DNA from: Candidatus Omnitrophota bacterium | GTDB lineage: Bacteria > Omnitrophota > Gorgyraeia > Duberdicusellales > 4484-171 | NCBI GenBank assembly: GCA_037146775.1 | Contig: JBAWWL010000002.1 | Span: 262,554 to 326,553, forward strand | Direction: 5' to 3' | DNA length: 64,000 bases | Shown: positions 58,786 through 64,000 of the stretch, in pieces | How the letters are laid out: each line of letters starts with the position of its first letter | Position numbering within the stretch: the stretch's first letter is position 1 | Position numbers and translations under genes: made by a program | The notes under the pieces: generated by a model | What the model was told of the DNA's origin: nothing | Database searches by the model: none | What the model saw: the letters and a program-made list of their open reading frames with translations, nothing else

Positions 58786-60165
58786 ATGAGATTATTTTCT
58801 AAAAAAATCACCGCATTGGCGCGCGAAAGCTGGGCGATGAGCTGGCCCATGATTTTGATCATGTTTTTTGAATTTCTGATAGGCTTGGCCGATGTCTACG
58901 TTGCGGGCAAGGTCGGTAAAGAAATACAAGCCGCCTATGGTCTGGCTTTTCAACTTTATTTTGTCGGGCTCATTCCTGCCATGGCTTTAACCGCAGGAAC
59001 GGTTTCGGTGGTGTCAAAATTGTTTACTGCTCCGCAAGCTCTAAAGCCGTCCGAGCATGATGCTGTTATTGGGGAGAACGAGGAATTAAAAGAAACAGTA
59101 TTTTCTTCTCTCGCATCAAGCACTCTTATGGGTGTTATCGTGGGCGCTCTCGTTATTATGCTCAGTTCGGCGATCATAGGGTTATTGCGCGTTCCCGCAA
59201 TTATTAAAAACGATAGCGCCGCACTTGTAAGAATTTATAGCCTGGGATTTATTTTCGATTATTTTTTGATCAACGCAAACGGTATTTTGCGCGCGTGTGG
59301 TAAGGTTAAGATATCGCTGCGTAATTATACAATAATATGTCTTTTAAATATTGTACTTAATTTTGTTCTTGTGTTTGCCACCCCGCTTGGATTTAGCGGT
59401 ATCGCCATTGCTACCGTAATCAGCGTGGCCGTCGGCGCGCTTTTAAATGCCGTGGCGGTTAAGAATCTTTTGGGTGCGTGGCGATTTCGTTTCCGGGCAT
59501 TCAAAGAAATGGTCGCAATCGGCTGGCCGATCGGGCTCTTGCAGATTCTCTGGAATCTTGCGACTGTTGTTATTTTTTCCATTCTAGGGAGTTTACCGTC
59601 GAATAATATAGAATTGATCGCCGCTTTTACTAACGGTTTAAAAGTCGAAGCCGCTATTTTCCTCCCCGCGTTCGCGTTTAACTTAGCGAATGCCGTTGTT
59701 GTCGGGAATCTTCTGGGTAAAGGGAAGAAGGACGATGCTTTCAAGTCCGGACTCGTTACCGCCGGCTTAGGTATGGCAATCATTGTGGTGCTTTCATTGG
59801 TTGTGATATTACAAGCGCGTAATATTATGACTTTTCTTTCCAATAATTCCATAGTCGTTAGTCAGGGGTTTACCTATCTTTATATTACCTTTGCTTTTGA
59901 GCCGTTTATGGCCTGGGGAGTTATTCTTGCCGGAGGATTAGCCGGAGCCGGCCACACTAAAAATATTTTAGCGGTTGTTGCGCTAAGTTTATGGATCATA
60001 AAAATACCGTTTTGTTACCTTGCGGGAGTTGTGTGGGGCATGGGCGCGGTAGGTATGTGGTGGGCGATGAATTTGGCAATTGTCTTTCAGGCTGTCTTGA
60101 TGAGCTGGTACTATTTTAAAAAAATGCGGCCAGTGGCAAAAGTAATACAGGTATGTAGTACATAG
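58786..60165 (+). CDS. MATE-family efflux transporter
   Basis: Two-fold repeat of TM bundles, D...G..G, NIVLN, G..G.W; C-terminal VCST is repeat-derived. Confidence 0.85.
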   Translation: MRLFSKKITALARESWAMSWPMILIMFFEFLIGLADVYVAGKVGKEIQAAYGLAFQLYFVGLIPAMALTAGTVSVVSKLFTAPQALKPSEHDAVIGENEELKETVFSSLASSTLMGVIVGALVIMLSSAIIGLLRVPAIIKNDSAALVRIYSLGFIFDYFLINANGILRACGKVKISLRNYTIICLLNIVLNFVLVFATPLGFSGIAIATVISVAVGALLNAVAVKNLLGAWRFRFRAFKEMVAIGWPIGLLQILWNLATVVIFSILGSLPSNNIELIAAFTNGLKVEAAIFLPAFAFNLANAVVVGNLLGKGKKDDAFKSGLVTAGLGMAIIVVLSLVVILQARNIMTFLSNNSIVVSQGFTYLYITFAFEPFMAWGVILAGGLAGAGHTKNILAVVALSLWIIKIPFCYLAGVVWGMGAVGMWWAMNLAIVFQAVLMSWYYFKKMRPVAKVIQVCST

Positions 60166-60455
60166 TATGTAGTATATAGTGGGGAGTAAGGATTAACGGA
60201 TTAAAGAATTAAATGATTAACTAATTAAGAAATTAACGCATTAAATAATTAACGAGCTAACGGATTAAGAAATTAACTAATTAAAGAATTATTTGGGGAA
60301 AGAATATAGGTTGATAGGTTAGTATGTTGATAGGTTAGTAGGCAGGAAGGGTCAGAAAAATAAAATATTAAAAATTAAAATAAAAATAAGGGGTAGAAAA
60401 GGACAGAAAGGGAAGAGAAGGGAAAAAGTTAAAAGTCAAAAGTAAAAAACTGAAA
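60151..60455. repeat. Composite spacer: A, C, D, E
   Basis: Long 8-nt-period ATTAAnnr tract 60192-60290; 60271-60343 matches 62073-62145 with 2 mismatches. Confidence 0.8.
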
Positions 60456-60465
60456 AATAAACGCT

Positions 60466-60975
60466 ATGGGTTTTTTTAATTTTTTTAAAAGTTTTATCGG
60501 GCGAAAGAAAAAGAAAAAACTAAAAAAAAGGAAGAAAATAACGCCCAGAAAGCCGGCTAAAACCAAGAAAAAGCCGCGCCGCCGGGTTCTCCCGCGTATC
60601 AAGAAAACGCACAAATCAAAACCCGCAAAGGTGCGCACAAAAAGTAAAGTAAGGGCTCGTAAGAAGAGGGGAGCGCCCAAGCGAAAAAAGTTTAAAGTTT
60701 CAGCCAAAAAATCCCTGCCGATTTCCAATGAAAAAGCAATTGGTACGATTACTCATTTTTTTGGCCACATATCCGTAGGGATCATTAAACTTTCTTCGCC
60801 GCTGGCGACAGGTGCCACCATACATATTAAAGGCTCCCACGATGATTTTACCCAAGTGGTTTCTTCGATGCAGTACGACCATCGGGATATTACTTATGCC
60901 AAGCGAGGATTGGAGATTGGTATTAAGGTTATTAAGCCGGTTCACGAGAACGATATAGTCTATATGGTTGGTTGA
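60466..60975 (+). CDS. Lys/Arg-rich N-terminus plus translation-factor-like beta-barrel (peptidase U32 C-terminal-like)
   Basis: IG.ITHFF..ISVGII.L, G..I.IKG, F.Q.V.SMQ, G.EIGIKV, V...D.VY. Confidence 0.6.
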   Translation: MGFFNFFKSFIGRKKKKKLKKRKKITPRKPAKTKKKPRRRVLPRIKKTHKSKPAKVRTKSKVRARKKRGAPKRKKFKVSAKKSLPISNEKAIGTITHFFGHISVGIIKLSSPLATGATIHIKGSHDDFTQVVSSMQYDHRDITYAKRGLEIGIKVIKPVHENDIVYMVG

Positions 60976-61053
60976 TGACCAATAGTTTTGTGGAAGTCGT
61001 GATATGGGGTGGAAGATTCTTAAACTGTATGTGTTTCGAGCGAGCATGATTCT

Positions 61054-62052
61054 ATGACACGCTATTATCTTGATATCGATAATCGTTTTGTAATCAAAAA
61101 AGATAGACAGAAGCTTTATCCCCGAGGAAAGTTTGTTATCGATACACAAAACAAGTTATCGTATATCATCTTGGAGCCTATTTCTTGGCGCAGAAAAGAA
61201 ACAGTATCTAAAAAAATAACTTTTGAAGGCACGTGGTCTTTAGACGAGAATCATACTGTTGTATTTACTTTACATCACACACGCAAACAGCCAGAAGGCG
61301 GGCAATTTTATTTTACGTCGGAATTGATTGATACACGTTCCGACGCGCTCATTTTCTCGTTAGCCACAAAAGAGCAGCCTGGAGTGTCTACTATTCGGCT
61401 TTTACAATTACAAGGGAGATGGCAGGCCGATCAATATAACCGCTTAAGTTTTCTGGTCAAAAAAACCGGTTTGCAATATGATACGCTCACTTTTGCAGCT
61501 GCCTGGGAATTGGACAGGAACAACACGCTTGTTTATACCTACAAGAAGACGTATCTTAAGACAAAAGAGCGCATAGAGAAAACGTTAGTTTTTAAAGGAT
61601 TCTGGCAGATTGGCGAGAAGGATCGTCTTTGTTACGCCCTTGATATCGAACAAAATTCATATTTTTCTTTTAAGGTTGCCTACGAGACTCCGAGCATACT
61701 GGCGAAAAAAGGTGAGATTAAGTATCGCTTGGGTGTGGGGGTTAGAGGGGAACGTTTATTCCGTGCGAAAGTTATTACTATTTACGGTGTATGGAAGTTA
61801 AGCAGAAAGATAGGATTGTCTTTCGAGGTCGACTACGGTCATGGAGTTCGGGAAATCGTCTTTGGCGCGCAGCTCGAGTTAGTTAAAGGAAACCAGGTTA
61901 CTTTTGAATTGACCAGCCAAGAAGGAAACAGCCTGGGCTTGCGCATTACGTTTAGCAAGTCTTTTCTGCGTAATAACGCTCAATGGTTTTTGCGCTTTAG
62001 CCAGCGGGACAAAGAATCTCGTGTTGAGGGTGGGGTAGATATTGCATGGTAG
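61054..62052 (+). CDS. Hypothetical beta-rich repeat protein
   Basis: 332-aa ORF with recurring G.W.L/I/AD..N.L.F/Y motif; ends in W. Confidence 0.65.
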   Translation: MTRYYLDIDNRFVIKKDRQKLYPRGKFVIDTQNKLSYIILEPISWRRKETVSKKITFEGTWSLDENHTVVFTLHHTRKQPEGGQFYFTSELIDTRSDALIFSLATKEQPGVSTIRLLQLQGRWQADQYNRLSFLVKKTGLQYDTLTFAAAWELDRNNTLVYTYKKTYLKTKERIEKTLVFKGFWQIGEKDRLCYALDIEQNSYFSFKVAYETPSILAKKGEIKYRLGVGVRGERLFRAKVITIYGVWKLSRKIGLSFEVDYGHGVREIVFGAQLELVKGNQVTFELTSQEGNSLGLRITFSKSFLRNNAQWFLRFSQRDKESRVEGGVDIAW

Positions 62053-62186
62053 AAGGGATTAAAGAATTAACGAATTAACTAATTAAAGAATTATTTGGGG
62101 AAAGAATATAGGTTGATAGGTTGGCATGTTGATAGGTTAGTAGGCTAAAGAATTAACTGATTAATGGATTAACCGATTAACGAATT
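62053..62186. repeat. Composite spacer: C, D, C
   Basis: ATTAAAGAATTAACGAATTAACTA; ATAGGTTGATAGGTTGGCATGTTGATAGG; C tract runs up to the ATG. Confidence 0.8.
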
Positions 62187-62795
62187 ATGGCTGATAATAT
62201 TATTTGCGAAAAATTTAAAGAGTGGACGAAGGATCTTGCGCCTAAAGAAGCCAGGATAGCTGTGTTTGAGCGTATACGTGATATTCCGTACGCAATCGTG
62301 CCGAAGCTAAGAGATCATTTTTCCGGCCCGGCTGGTATGTTGGAATTGAATAAAGGTTCGTGCCAACCGAAGCATTACTTATTAGCGCAATTTTTTGAAA
62401 AGTTAGGTATACCTATTCAATTGGCCACTTACGTTTTTAGATGGCAGGATTGCCCCGTAGCCTATCCATCTAAAATTAAACAATTAGTAGAACAGTTGCC
62501 TGTGGGGTATCATCTTGCTTGTAAGGCTTACATAGAGAAAAAGTGGGTCTTAGTTGATGCGACCTGGGATAAACCTCTTAAAGCATATGGTTTTAGTGTG
62601 AATGAGCATTGGGATGGTTTAAGCGCTACCGAGAATGCTGTGGTAGTTTTGGAAGAAATTACGCACAAGGATGCGGCAGATAGATGTAGCTACGAAACAC
62701 AGAAAAGAAGTGGTTATAGTGATAACGAAAAAGCATTGTATACTGAATTTATCGAACAATTTAATCAGTGGCTGGAGCAGATAAGGCGAAGCTAA
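62187..62795 (+). CDS. Transglutaminase-like protein
   Basis: IRDIPY, GSC..KH (Cys), YH (His), WVLVDATWD (Asp). Confidence 0.7.
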   Translation: MADNIICEKFKEWTKDLAPKEARIAVFERIRDIPYAIVPKLRDHFSGPAGMLELNKGSCQPKHYLLAQFFEKLGIPIQLATYVFRWQDCPVAYPSKIKQLVEQLPVGYHLACKAYIEKKWVLVDATWDKPLKAYGFSVNEHWDGLSATENAVVVLEEITHKDAADRCSYETQKRSGYSDNEKALYTEFIEQFNQWLEQIRRS

Positions 62796-63200
62796 TGTAT
62801 GTAGTATATAGTCGTGAGTATTGAGTATATGGAGAAAGTAGGTAGTATTGAGTACTGAGTATATAGGTGGGTTAGAAATGGGTAAAAAGGTTGGTATGTT
62901 GATAGGCTAAAGAATTAACGGATTAAAAAATTAAATCATTAAATAATTAACGAATTAACTGATTAATGAATTAACGCATTAAAGAATTAACTAATTATTG
63001 GGGGGAAAGGATATAGGTTGATAGGTTGGCATGTTGATAGGTTAGTAGGCAGGAAGGGATGAGACATTAACGGATTAAAAAATTAAATAATTAACGGATT
63101 ATTTGGGGAAAGGGGAGTAGGGGAAAGAGAAAAGTAAAAAGTTAAAAATAAAAAGGCAAAAATAGAAATCAAAATAGAGAAATATCAAAAATTAAAAAGA
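62796..63200. repeat. Composite spacer: A, D, C, D, C, E
   Basis: All four modules present; 63012-63058 matches the D blocks at 60305 and 62107. Confidence 0.8.
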
Positions 63201-63214
63201 GAAGGAGGCAGATT

Positions 63215-63556
63215 ATGCAGAGATTTTTATTAAAATGGGCAGTTAACTCGGTTGCGATTCTTGTTGTCGTTCATACGATAAAAGGTATTGAGATTTCAAA
63301 CACATCGCTTGTGGTGGTAGTGGCTCTGGTATTGGGGATCATCAACGCATTCCTAAGGCCTATTTTGATCGCGATCACGCTACCGATAAACGTGCTTACC
63401 CTTGGCGTGTTTACTTTTTTTATTAACGGATTTCTTTTCTATCTGGTTTCCAAAATCGTAAAGGGTTTTACCGTTACCGGATTTTGGCCGGCATGTTTTG
63501 GGGCAATTCTCTTTAGTATCGTTAGCTTTCTTTTGAGTTTATTTGTACGCGAGTAG
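63215..63556 (+). CDS. Phage holin family / YvlD-like 4-TM membrane protein
   Basis: NAFLRPIL..LP...TLG.F.F.ING. Confidence 0.85.
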   Translation: MQRFLLKWAVNSVAILVVVHTIKGIEISNTSLVVVVALVLGIINAFLRPILIAITLPINVLTLGVFTFFINGFLFYLVSKIVKGFTVTGFWPACFGAILFSIVSFLLSLFVRE

Positions 63557-63565
63557 TATCTAAAG

Positions 63566-64000
63566 ATGAAGCTTCAAGATATACGTGCATCGTTACGCTC
63601 ATCCGGCAATAAAGAAAAGGCCAGAGTTTTGCGCAGTTTTTTTAAAACAGGCGCGGGCCAATATGGAGAAGGAGACGTTTTCTTAGGCATCGCGGTCCCG
63701 GAAATAAGAAAGATAGCCAGGCGCTGCCAAGATATCTCCTCATACGATATTATCCAGTTATTGCGCTCAAGAATTCATGAAGAACGGATGCTGGCGCTTG
63801 TGTTACTTTTGTCGCGTTATGGAAAAGCAACCACTAATGAGAAAAAAATAATTTACAGTCTGTATCTGGAGAATATAAAACACATTAACAGTTGGGATCT
63901 GGTTGATGTGAGCGCCCCGCATATTGTGGGCGATTTTTTGTTTAAAGGAAACAGAAGCAAACTTTATTGCTTCGCTCGCTCGAAATCGCTCTGGGAAAGG
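63566..64000 (+). CDS. DNA alkylation repair protein (AlkD-like), 3' truncated by window edge
   Basis: Own translation from ATG 63566: FFKTGAGQYGEGDVFLGI.VP, HEERMLAL, NSWDLVD.SAP..VG, SLWER; absent from ORF track because no stop is in the window. Confidence 0.85.
   Translation, partial: MKLQDIRASLRSSGNKEKARVLRSFFKTGAGQYGEGDVFLGIAVPEIRKIARRCQDISSYDIIQLLRSRIHEERMLALVLLLSRYGKATTNEKKIIYSLYLENIKHINSWDLVDVSAPHIVGDFLFKGNRSKLYCFARSKSLWER

Noticed and set aside
59-61801. Many short minus-strand and nested ORFs in the track (e.g. 26432-26974, 59325-59852, 56076-56522, 8799-9014, 40080-40310)
   Set aside because: They shadow well-supported + strand genes or translate repeat DNA and show no family motifs
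38795-63214. Repeat stacks as a CRISPR array or integron attC array
   Set aside because: No constant 25-45-nt repeat with unique equal-length spacers, no cas or integrase gene, and no clear RYYYAAC..GTTRRRY attC layout
63215-63556. Holin-family gene as evidence of a prophage
   Set aside because: YvlD-like membrane proteins are common chromosomal genes and no phage genes are adjacent

Overview
An AT-rich bacterial window from a diderm organism (TolC present; gene content and repeat style suggest Candidatus Omnitrophota or a similar lineage, which is inference only). All ~60 credible genes lie on the + strand. Positions 1-40 kb hold a tightly packed surface-polysaccharide locus: GT2/GT4/GT-C glycosyltransferases, Wzx, a Wzy/WaaL-like protein, AsnB, WecB, DegT, a GDP-mannose 3,5-epimerase-like enzyme, about seven methyltransferases, two radical SAM enzymes and an ACP-FabG-FabH acyl module. 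A GIY-YIG mini-cassette interrupts it and one FkbM gene is frameshifted. Positions 40-64 kb hold mostly unrelated genes: four-helix-bundle protein, CpsB fusion, C1 peptidase, AbiEii-type TA pair, TolC-MacAB, PlsC, Csp, AlaDH, DEAD helicase, SuhB, MATE and others. The most unusual signal is non-coding. From 38.8 kb onward about 13 intergenic spacers are built from one small vocabulary of degenerate 6-8-nt periodic modules: A = TAGTAYR, B = CTAAACY/CTAAATC, C = ATTAACGA, D = ATAGGTTR, E = AAAAGTY, F = CGGTAA. These modules are stacked or nested, share long junction-spanning blocks between sites, often supply the upstream gene's TAG stop, carry small GC-rich palindromes present at some copies and absent at others, bracket a four-helix-bundle gene as inverted arms, and bracket a compositionally odd methyltransferase as direct repeats. 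No rRNA, tRNA, CRISPR array or transposase was seen.
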